Assembly (NCBI GenBank): GCA_043228905.1 | Contig: JBHGNT010000311.1 | Coordinates: forward strand, 1 to 35,992 | Source: Azolla caroliniana | Taxonomy: Eukaryota; Plantae; Polypodiophyta | Direction: 5' to 3' | Length of the DNA: 35,992 nucleotides | Shown here: positions 23,801-34,501 of the stretch, piece by piece | Layout: every line of letters begins with the position of its first letter | Numbering within the stretch: the stretch's first letter is position 1 | The notes under the pieces: model-generated | What the model was told of the DNA's origin: nothing | The model's input: only the letters and a program-made list of their open reading frames with translations | Database searches by the model: none | Position numbers and translations under genes: made by a program

Positions 23801-23817
23801 GTCCCACGGGCGTGCCA
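23801..23817 (-). other. PBS-like tract (TGGCACGCCCGTGGGAC), tRNA-Arg type
   Basis: Starts 2 nt from the LTR boundary at 23820. Resembles the TGGCACGCCC... primer binding sites of Tat-lineage Ty3/gypsy elements (recalled, not searched). Confidence 0.7.
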
Positions 23818-23819
23818 AG

Positions 23820-24440
23820 TGTTAACCGTTGGACAATAAGACAAAGGTGTGATTCAAAGGATTGTAAAAGTAAAGTGTGAAAGGGGATGAGTAGGTCAAG
23901 TGTGAAAAGATAAAATAAGTTATGCACTAGCAACCGCGGGGAAAAGTAACCGAAATACAAGCAGCCGTAAACATAGGCTGCGGAACAAGAGAGAGTAGTT
24001 GGAACGCGCTGATGAAGGAGAAAGCTGTATAAATCGTGAAGTGGCGAAAACAGGGGGCAAAAGGGGATACAGAAGATATATCTAATTCGAGCCAGAGTGA
24101 TTGAGCCTAGAAATCTAAATCTGTATTGAGAGAGTGAGCGATACCGATTTTAATCGGTTTGTACTACCATTGTATTATCTATTCAGTAATCAATTACGTA
24201 TACTTTTTGGATCCATCTCTGTGCCTGTCTCATTTTCAATTCCATTTCCAATTGTGTTATCTATTCTGTAAGTCATGAGTATGAATCGGTTGTAGCCGAT
24301 TCTCGGAGTGTCCAAACATGAAGGGTGTAACGTTTCGGCCCCTACTCGGCCCTACCTTAGTCTCTCTTACACAACCACGATTCCCTAACCCGATTACTCA
24401 GGAGGAGTAATCGAAGGTGTTCCCCAGGAAAGGAGTAACA
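23820..24440. mobile_element. Complete 621-bp LTR (LTR-A), Ty3/gypsy Tat-like
   Basis: TGTTA...TAACA terminal inverted repeat, adjacent PBS-like tract, related truncated copy at 21729, and + strand TATAAAT near 24028. Confidence 0.8.
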
Positions 24441-24969
24441 TCATGATCAAAGACCTCATGACCTCTCTACATTGATAACAAGATGTCGCCATGAGCACCT
24501 CCAAAAATACCACATCCATTGGGCCAAATAGTGTCCATCTATGTTGAGTCGACATTGGTTATGACCATGCTCCTCGAAACACCACAAACACCAAAATCAA
24601 TTTTGGAGCAAGCTAAGAGAAAATGTTAAAGACTTCTTTAGCCACAAAGCAAATGTTCTACTCTTAGACTATAGACACGCTTTGTTGCCATGACATTGAT
24701 GGCAAGCGACAAGTTGCCCCTCTTCATGATATACTCCACAAGAGGACAATGAATCGCCCACCGTTCATGACCTTTTTCCCCACCCACTCCTAGCTCTATT
24801 TTTAGAAGGGATGATGTTGCTTCACTACACCATATCCTAGAACCTTGACTACACCAATCTTGCTGACCCTAACACCTATGAATGCCAACAGACATACTCA
24901 TGTTACATGATGTGAGTAGAAGGTCAAGCAAAACTATGATGGTACCATCGATTGACACAAGGTTCGCGC

Positions 24970-25090
24970 ATAACAAAAGAATATGCACATATGGTTGATA
25001 TCTTCACCAAGGACCTTTTGGTACATACCAGTTCAAAGCGATCCTAGCTTGTAATTTGGTTTCTGCCCTATTGATTCATTGAGAATAAGG
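24970..25090 (+). mobile_element. Possible Ty1/copia RNase H C-terminal remnant
   Basis: gttgatatcttcaccaaggacctt encodes VDIFTKDL, resembling the copia ADIFTKAL motif. Little else is recognisable. Confidence 0.3.
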
Positions 25091-26324
25091 TTTGAAAAAC
25101 AAGCTCAACATGATAACGTATGAACACATACTTAGTGGTCATAAGAATTAAAATTGTAGCTAACATGGAATATTGTAACAAAAATGTCATATGGATGAAT
25201 ATGTAACTAGTAAGTCATATCCAATGGGAGAGTATGTAATTGGCATGCACATAATGGGAGAATATTCTTTATCCCACTACCTCTAATGTTGCTTGTCCTA
25301 GAGAGAGTGTTTTCTTTTTGGCCAGTTTCATTTTATTGTCGATCCATCCTTGTCAATACAATCTCTTGTGATTGTGTATATATCCCTCTCATCTCATCTT
25401 GATTATTTCTCACGGACACAAACATAACACATTTACATTGTTGTGTATCATAATTACACCTTCTAGCTCTAATTCTTTGCTTTTATGATGTTGCATACTT
25501 GAATCTATGATCCACAAAAGTTGTTGGTAATTTTTAAAAGCGAACCGTGGATTAAGATTTTGTGAGTGAGTCAATGATATTATCCATTGTACACACCTTC
25601 AACAAATCTCAAATGAAGAGAAGACACACCAATGTCAATTTCATGTTGTTTGTGCATCCCATAGAGTCGAAATCGGACAAACGACAACGTTTGCATTACT
25701 CACTCCAATACACAACATTATTTTCACATTCCACTCACATATTGCATGATGATCATCGTCTCCTCACAATGCTTGTTATCCAAGTCTTCCGTTCAACCAT
25801 AACCTATTCTTCTATGACAACTTTAGGTTTTGGTGTTCACCAAATCTAGCACTCAGAACATGTAAGAAGTTTCAAGTATCTAGGTTAGTGCTCTCATATC
25901 ACACAAGACCAAAAACTAACCAAACAAAATCAATAGAAACATAGAGGCGCCAAAAAACGGTATCTTTCTTTTATAAGTGTGTGAAATGCCAATATACATA
26001 TGTATACAAAACATTATGAAGATTTCCAAGCACAATAGCATATCCATTGATAACCCTTAATTATTTAATGTTCACACAAGTTCAGATTTCAAACTTCAGA
26101 GCTAAAAATAATCTTTGTTTCTTTGCGTGTTTGAGCTTAACATAAGTGACACATGTGTTACCTATAACATGTGATACCCAAGGGTTTGGCGAAATGCTAG
26201 AAGCTCAAGGGGAGGGAGACAAGGGGGCGTGTGTTATCGTCTTGCAGTTCAATGAAGTGGTCTCGAGTCTAGGAAACCAAGGTGAGGGGGTCAATGGGGG
26301 CGATAACAAGTTGAGTCCACGGGA

Positions 26325-26515
26325 CTACACATGTTATCGTTCACATGCATAGTGTGTCTACGGATCGATGACACATGTTATTTATCATTCATAGGTAGTG
26401 TCTTCAAATCGACAAACACCTATGATTGCAGAGTGAAGACAAAGTATGTCTACGTATCGACGACACATGTTATCTATCATTCAAATGTAGTAGTCTCTAT
26501 GGATCGATGAAACAT
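26325..26515. repeat. Degenerate ~45-bp repeat cluster
   Basis: tgtctacg(g/t)atcga.gacacatgttat.tatcattca recurs. Confidence 0.65.
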
Positions 26516-26814
26516 TGTTGGAGCTTCGAGCCTCGAAGCTACGGTTTTTTGAGTGTGGCAGTGTGAAAAGGTGAGGAGGGAGAGAATCAATTCACATGGT
26601 AATGCCATGGCATCCATTTAACCTAGGGTTTGGGCCTACCCATCAATTTAACCTCCTTAGTTCCAACCCTAACCTAAACCCCAACCCCAACCCCAACCAA
26701 AGTGTTAACTACATATAACTAACTAACTCTTCACAATGTGAAACCTTTTATTTTGACATGTAAAATAGGGTGAAGAGCTTCCCATATGTACTAGGTCTTT
26801 TGTGGCTCTTAGTT

Positions 26815-27122
26815 GCAGGGTTTTTAAGTTTTAGGGTTTTTAAGTTTTAGGGGGGGTGTGGGGTTTAGGGTTGTTGATTTGTTAAGGCCTCAAGCTCTTC
26901 AATTAGAGAGCCTTTTTAAGTGTTCTGAACAATTAGGGTTTAGGGTTGTTGGTTTGTTAGGGCCTCAAGCTCTTGAATCAGAGAGCCTTTTGAAGTGTTC
27001 TGAACAATTAGGGATTGCTAAGGTTGAATCAGAGAGCCTTTTTAAGTGTTCTGAACAATTAGGGTTTGCTAAGGTTGAATCAGAGAGCCTTTTTAAGTGT
27101 TCTGAACAAAATTAGGGTTTGC
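26815..27122 (+). repeat. Telomere-motif-containing tandem array upstream of gene 2 (75- and 51-bp units)
   Basis: Four copies of gagagcctttt.aagtgttctgaacaa(a)ttaggg with a 51-bp period (26975/27026/27077). Several tttagggtt motifs. A C-rich aaccct/aacccc block lies at 26665-26700. Confidence 0.88.
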
Positions 27123-27131
27123 TCAGGATTA

Positions 27132-27512
27132 ATGGAGGAGGTTTCTGCCAATTCTGATGGGCCAGAGCCACATGGTCCCCTGTTCTTCTTAGGTATTGTT
27201 GTGGGCGCCATAGCCATACCTTGGTATTTCTCTACTACTCTCTTCACTACATTTTATCGCGTGTTCCTGCCCATCATCGCCCTCCTCCTTGCCATCAGAG
27301 TCCTCTCTAATCATTCACAGGAAGAAGAAGCAGAAGCAGAAGTAATCAAAGAAGATATATATGCAGGTAATTATGGCTTCTCTTCGCCTTCTTTCATGGA
27401 TTTCTCCACAGATCAACCTCCATGGGGTGTTGTCTTTTTCCTCTTCCTCATCCTCTCCATGGTTTGGTACCATTCCTGTGTCATTAGCTCTTGGCATCCA
27501 TCGCTTCATTAG
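27132..27512 (+). CDS. Small multi-pass membrane protein, paralog 2
   Basis: 126 aa, single exon: MEEVSANSDGPEPHGPLFFLGIVVGAIAIPWYFS...FLPIIALLLAIRVLS, an acidic linker, then PPWGVVFFLFLILSMVWYHS...W. Paralog of 15422-15850. Confidence 0.85.
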   Translation: MEEVSANSDGPEPHGPLFFLGIVVGAIAIPWYFSTTLFTTFYRVFLPIIALLLAIRVLSNHSQEEEAEAEVIKEDIYAGNYGFSSPSFMDFSTDQPPWGVVFFLFLILSMVWYHSCVISSWHPSLH

Positions 27513-27532
27513 ATGCTTAATTTCGCCCCCAG

Positions 27533-28370
27533 CTTACCCCTTAATTATCCTCTTAACTACCCTCTAATCCCTCGCGTCTCCTCCAAATCCTGCCCTGAAG
27601 TATCCTTTAATTTTCCCTGTAATTTTCCTCTAACTACCCTCTAACCCCTGATGTCTCCCCCAAATTTTGCTCTTCAGTATCCTCTAATTTACCCTGTAAT
27701 TATCCTCTTAACTACCTTTCTAACTTGGATGTCTCCTCTAAATTTTGACCCTGAACTATCCTCTAATTAACCCTGTAATTATCCTATAATGTACACTGTA
27801 CTCACCCCCCTAATTAGCCTCCATGACCAGCATCTAATTGGTCACTATTTATCCTCTAAACAATCTTCAGCGTACCCTCTAATTGCCTGCATTCTTCTGA
27901 TAGTCCTCCAATTCTCCTCTAACCATCCTCTAATTAGTCTCTAGTATGCTCTCTAATCACCCTCTAACCACCTTTTCACTTTACTCTAATTACCGTCTGG
28001 TTTCCCTAAATGCACCTGTTTCCTTCCGATTTCTCTCGAAAAATCCTCTGATTACCCTCTAATTATCCTCTGAGTATCTTCTGATTGCCCTTTAATTATC
28101 CTCTGAATGGCTTCTGATTACCCTCTTATTATTGCTTTAACCACCGTCTAATTACCCACTAATAGCCCTCTACTTGTTGCATTTCACTACCTACTTCCTA
28201 CCCTCTAATCGCCTCCTCTAACTACCCGGTAATGATACTCTAATTATTCTATAAGTATCCTTAATTTTCCGCTAATATTAGCTCTTCTATATGGGCAATC
28301 GAACCATCCTCTAAATGTCTTCCAATTATCCTCTAATTTGCATCTAGTAAATCTGTAAGTAATCCTTACT
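27533..28370. repeat. Degenerate short-unit array (taatta(t/c)cctctaa)
   Basis: Dozens of variants of ccctctaa/tcctctaa/aattacc, C/T-rich on the + strand. Confidence 0.8.
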
Positions 28371-28782
28371 TTACCCACCAAAATCAGTCTTTCTGTGTAG
28401 AACATAATCCAATCAATCTAGCTAGCCAAGCCCTGCTTTTTGAATTTTTCTGTGTGTGCTCCAAAAAATCATAGCCCTTAATGAAGCTTTCTTTTTGCTC
28501 TCATTTCTCCATTTAAATAAAAATCTGTCCCAACATGAAGAGAGAGAGGTCTGCAGCCTTGTACTTTCTCAAAAATGTGATGATGATGAGGATCAATGGC
28601 TATTTTTGGCTTTCTTTGCAAGTAATGTTATATGGGTGGGGTTTTGGAGGTGTCTCTACATTTGGTTATGTGGAAAGGCTATGAAGTGGTGTGGTTTTTT
28701 TAGTTAAATAGCTATACTAGCTATGCTATGTGCTTAGAAATTGATCATGTGCCATTCACGGGGTTTGAATATGAGCACCGCC

Positions 28783-29340
28783 ATATCGATTCCATGCGCC
28801 GATTGTTAGTAGACATATCAACTCTATGTGCCCATTGTCAGTAGAGATCTTGACATATCAATTCCATGTGCCGATTGTTAGTAGACATATCAACTCTATG
28901 TGCCCATTGTTAGCAAAGAATCTCAACATATCGATTCCATGTGCCGATTTGGTAGTAGAGATCTCGACATATCGATTCCATGTGCCGATTTGGTAGTAGA
29001 GATCTCGACATATCGATTCCATGTGCCGATTTGGTAGTAGAGATCTCGACAGATCGATTCCATGTGCCGATTTGGTAGTAGAGATCTCGACAGATCGATT
29101 CCATGTGCCAAATTGGTAGTAGATTTGGACATATCGACTCTATCATCTATGTGCCAATTGTTAGTAGATCTCGGCACATCGATTCCATGTGCCAAATTGG
29201 TAGTAGATTCGAACATATCGATTCCATGTGCCGATTCAATTGTTAGTAGAGATATTGACATATTGATTCCATGTGCCAATTTGGTTGTAGAACTCGACAT
29301 ATCAACTCTATGTTCCAAATTGTTAGTAAATCTCGACAAT
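28783..29340. repeat. 41-bp minisatellite (~13-14 copies, homogenised core)
   Basis: Unit catatcgattccatgtgccgatttggtagtagagatctcga. Period of 41 measured from 28927 to 28968. Confidence 0.95.
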
Positions 29341-32159
29341 GCCTCGTCTTTGGCTGTCTTGCATATGTATTTTACATCCCCCTAGACATCATGTGCCACC
29401 CATCAGTTTCCTCGAGGATGTTATATCTTCTACCCATGTTCACGTTAAATAGGTTGTGATGGCTCGTAATTTCCTCTCTCATGTCTCTCTATGTACATAC
29501 TACAGCTACAACTGCATTCTTTGGATACATGTGCACACGCACTTTGGTCCATTCATTTCTATGACACCCTTGTGGATCTCGTGAATAAAATCTAGGTCAT
29601 TTACTTGGATCGTGACTAGATGTTATCCTTGGTGCATTTACACGGCATGTTCAATGTCGAGAGAACGTAGTGTGTCCCACTATCTCTATCTTGTGTGTTG
29701 TGTAAGTTTTGTGCGCGTCTATGTTCATATTATGTCGGAAGCTCCAACAGATTATCCGGACCCTTGGCATTTGGTAGGTTGTGCTCTTTCCACAATGTGA
29801 GGATGATCCTCATATGTTATTGCACTCTATATTTTATTTGAAAGGTTGTGAGTGGTTATGATTGATTGATGTACATATTCTCATGTGCCAACTATCACAA
29901 CATTGGTAAGTTTTCGAATTCCAGACTTTCTATCATGTAACGAAAAGGCAATTTGTAGTTTTCAAGGACTCATGTGATGGGTGCAGGTTTTGGTCATATG
30001 CCACCTTTGAGAGAGTCAAGCCCCGCCTCGAACATTGATTCAAATGTTTGTTCCACCTTGGGGAATGGAGACCTTGTATTGTTAACTGTATTAGCAGCAT
30101 AACTTCTAAAAAGATGAAAAAAATTCAACGTGCGTCTATGTGCCCTAGGAAGGTGTGAAATGGTTTGTAAATTGTAAATACAACTTCCCATGCTCTTTAC
30201 ACACTAACTCATGTTATAACAAAATCCTCATTTTTTCATTGGTGGCTAATTTTACCTAAAGAGCCACTTGCACATTGTAGATCCATCCCTTCTAAATTAG
30301 TGGAATGATTGTCAACTATTCATGTCCCATTGGTTTCCAACGGTTGGCTTACATGATTAAACGCTTGATGATTGCAAGGGTTCTAGACACTTCCAATTAT
30401 ATAGAGTGGTTAAAACACCCTTGTTGTTAAGTCTTACAATATTATGTGTTTAATCTCTCATAATGTTATTTGGTTAGTCCACTGAAGAGAAGGGTAAATT
30501 CACCAGCAATGTCCCTTATTGGTTGTGTATTAACGATGCTCAAGTGATCAGCTTACCAAATTACCTATCGTCAATCGTAAATATGACAATTTTTGTGCAT
30601 AAAATGAAACCGCAAAACTAAAAACACAAACATGTTCAGCAATCAATGCAATACCAAGTCCATTGTCAATGAACTTAACTTGGGAAATTGATCAATTGGT
30701 ATTCTTTATTACTTAACTCGGGAAAAAGGTCATAACCATAAATAAGGTTCTAACGCAAGATCTTTGCTACACACCATCACGTATAGATGGAGTAATTTAA
30801 GTATTTTAACAAGGCAATATCCAATTTGATTTATTCACAATAAATTGCGAGATCAATTAATTGGAGATGTTTAAAGTTTCCTATATTATGTATCAACTGC
30901 AATGCTTTCACATTAAGTTTTAGTATCCGTCATCTTTTTGCTTTGTTGAAACAAACACTCCACCAAATTGATTCATGGCCGATTTAGATAACACAAAAAT
31001 AAATGTGCAAGGCATGTTTCTTTGATTGGAATGCCTATACAGTTTGGACTTACATATAATCAATGTAAATAAAGAATACCAATAAGTAAATACTTACAGG
31101 AAATTTGAGTACTTTGAGGTAATAAATGGCAAGTAAATGAGGAGTAATGGTGACAATAAGATGTAGTAAGTTTTATCGTGTAGAATTGTAAAAGTTGTAA
31201 CAAGTTTGTATGAAAAAAAAGCACTTGAGACAACAATTAATGGATTTATGTGTGAATGCATATTATACATTTAGTAGAGAGTTGGTAATGGTTCATTTAG
31301 GGCTTCAAAAGATTAAACCATTTCATTCCATGAGTACATTACTTTTAGTTAGGAACTTTCGGCATATCTCAATTTGGATAGTTTGTTAGTTTAAACATTT
31401 GGATCATATATTCCAATGCAAGTTTAGGAATTTCATTCATCACTTGCATCGCCGACGATAACATTCAACCAATCTTTAAGGTCTAACATTCTCCCATATT
31501 CACCATATTTGTTATGTTCAAGTGACTCGTGCATACAATATGGTGTATAACATATCATCACATGGAACTAGGACTCAATAAATTTTTCAATCTATGTATC
31601 TCAATGACACCAAAGGATATGATTGGCTTCCCTAGAAAGGTTTCTTTCCATGTGAAGGGAATGTTGTGCCAACATGCCAATACCATGCATAGAATTCTAA
31701 GAACTATTGAAGGGCATATTGGTCCCAACCAAATCAAAGGGAATTATAGCCAAGAGTCTATTTATTCAAAGCCTTGGGTTGTTACGAAGGTATTATAAAG
31801 GTAATACTCAAAGTGGTGACATACTCTATTGGAACTCAGTTGAGATACTATTATTTATTTCTAGCTCTAAATGTCCATGGAGGAAAATGTTTTCCACAAG
31901 AATGAACTTTAGGAAAGGGGAAGAGATAACAAAGAGACAAAGTGTATCACCTTCTTTGGGTGGTTGAGACAACATATTGCAAAGACCCTTCAAAATTTTC
32001 TCTAAACAATATTCATTATACTATATCTAATACTTAAGCAATTGTTTCGCATCAATAATAGTTGTTTTAAACATAAGATCATATTGACGGGAAGTACGAA
32101 CTTGCAAGAGACACCATTCGCTTACATAAGTGAAATTTGAGCTTTATATCCTCTTAATT

Positions 32160-33045
32160 GGAAACACACAATCATATCATTGTGCATGAAAAACACTACT
32201 ATGATACTATAACGATACCATAGTGGAGTGGTATCATCGTTACATGGGTAGTGGAACATGTTGAATTGTCAATATGCATGGCAAACAATCCACCAAGGAA
32301 AGAATTTTAGCTTGGTTGAATAAATACTGCCTTCAACTTTCGTAAATATACTCTGACTCCTTGTCTACCATCAAATCAAAAGCATTGTGCATATCCCAAT
32401 TATGATGTAATCCTTGATATCTCAAAATGTGGAAAACGATATCCATCTCTGATATTGGGTTGAGTTATGTGAATTGTACAAAGGTCCACAATCTTGATTC
32501 TTGATATCAAATAACAATGTGACAAAAGCTTGCCCAAATCTGAGAAATGTAATCCCAAATTTGACTGGCAAGTACACATTGTTTGAAATGACGAATACTA
32601 TCTTCCACTCAAACAATGCAAAGAAACAATCCCCTATTGTTAGTCCACGTCTCTTTAAAGTTAATCCCAACAGTAAACCCCTAGTCAATACTCTCGAAAC
32701 AAAGACTTGGAAGATGTCTTAAAATTGTGTCCATCTCATCTTCCATGATATTCGCATCCAGATCATGATTAAACGACAAGTGCACAATATATCCAACCAC
32801 ATCATAAAACTCATTGCATGCTCTAATCGCCGCTTTAGTCATAAACAATTGTAAGCCAAACTACTTCTTAAAGTAATGAACACATATTGCAATTGTTGTA
32901 ACAAGGTCCATTGCGAAATTTTCTCCTTGCTTCATGTGTACCACATTATATCGAGCATATCCAAGATGTAATGCATGAAAAAAAAAACGAGATTGACATT
33001 GATTATCTATAAGCCCATCCTTGAGTTGTATCTTATAAGGCATGG
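32160..33045 (-). mobile_element. Internally deleted copy of the L1 family
   Basis: 32160-32708 aligns with ~84-657 (tacatgggtagtggaacatgttgaattg; CFF). 32709-33045 aligns with ~2609-2930 (GLIDNQCQS.FF.ALH..YAR.NVVH.KQG). Confidence 0.82.
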
Positions 33046-33640
33046 CAATAGGTTTTAAGTTGCAATAAATAAGAGAAGACTTTGCAATTTGCTAGAATCC
33101 TTAAGAGAGATCCATGAGAGTGGGTCCTCTTCGTCTCTTACTTTAGGCTCATCTTAATCCCATAATTTTGGAGTTTCCGTCAGTGCTCCAAAATTGACAT
33201 ATGAGTGCATGTAATTCCAATTTGCATCCCACATCCGACTTTGGTAGGGACAAATTTTATTAATATAAAAAGTTGATATGGGATTGCAAGATAGGGATGT
33301 GAATCATGATAACTTCCATAAGTACAATGTTTGTGGTCAACGATATTCGTGCTTTTGGAGTTAGAATCGCCACATATGGGGTCACTTCTTTTTGCTTATT
33401 GGTATTCTTGTGTCTACGGGGTTGTCAAGGATTTCCCCACATCTTTGAAATCTTGGTACAACTCTCTTGTTACGGAAATCTGATTTCTTGTTATTGAGAT
33501 TCTTCTCTTAGGATAAAAAAGGTTTGGCTATATTTTGCCTGAATCAAAAGCACAATCACCATAGTAAGGACAAACACAAAAGATGTTGAGAATAGCTCTA
33601 ATCTAAGGCACTCTTGTTTTTGCACACAAGCACGCACACG

Positions 33641-33832
33641 AAAGTGCGTCGAGACAACAAGAAAACCGCATGTGGCGTGTCTGACACTTCAGACTAGAAG
33701 ACACTCCCGACTAAAATACTCAATTTGGTGTATCTGGAAAGTGTGTCGAGACAACGAGAAGGTCGCATTTGGTGTGTCTGACACTTTGGACGAGAAGAGA
33801 CTCTGGACTAAAAAGACTCGATTTGGTGTATC
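33641..33832. repeat. ~97-bp diverged tandem duplication
   Basis: aaagtg(c/t)gtcgagacaac.agaa...gtgtctgacactt...ttggtgtatc occurs twice. Confidence 0.75.
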
Positions 33833-33883
33833 CCTACAACCTCTAGCAGCCTTAAAATGAAGACAATGTTTTCATCAATCTTG

Positions 33884-34443
33884 GTGTGTGTGAGTAAGTG
33901 AATGTGTGTGTGTGTGTGGTGTACATAAATACATCATATACTTATGTACCATACACATGGACAAGGTACATAGATATAGGCTTATAAGTTATAACCATAG
34001 ATAGAAGGACCTACTCCATAGATAGATAGATAGAGAGAGAGAGAGATATAGAGAGGGAGAGATATATGTACATCCCACACTGCAGACATTAGAAGATATA
34101 GAGAGATGAAATTGATAGAGGAAGGTTCCATGAATTCTGTGCCTCCACTCAGATTTGAACACACAACCTATATATATATATATATATATACATATATGTA
34201 TCATTATCTCTGTGTCTTTCTCCTTATTGCATTTGCTTCCATGAATTTACTGCAGATGATAGGAAATGCTGCTCTCATCATGATCATCATCATAATCACC
34301 CTTTTCTAATCTCTTAATTACCTCATAATGAAGATAATTAGCCTATCATAATTATTACCCATTCTCTTAAATGCTCTCTCTCTCTCTCTCTCATGAGAAA
34401 CAGAGCATCATCATGTAGAAGATACACTCATTTCTGGCTGTCC

Positions 34444-34492
<49 letters not shown>
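33884..34492. repeat. Cluster of simple repeats ((GT)n, (GATA)n, (GA)n, (TA)n, two (CT)n) in the RLK promoter/5' UTR
   Basis: Seen directly. (CT)n at 34375-34392 and 34448-34492. Confidence 0.85.
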
Positions 34493-34495
<3 letters not shown>

Positions 34496-34501
34496 GCTAT
34501 C

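Noticed and set aside
21724-24445. Single intact LTR element with target-site duplication
   Set aside because: Flanks tgacg and tcatg match only 3/5, the two LTR-A copies are diverged and the left one is truncated, and no pol is present. Treated as a nested or rearranged complex.
28783-29459. CRISPR-like 41-bp array and repetitive ORFs on both strands
   Set aside because: No spacers and no cas genes. It is a minisatellite with artefactual ORFs.
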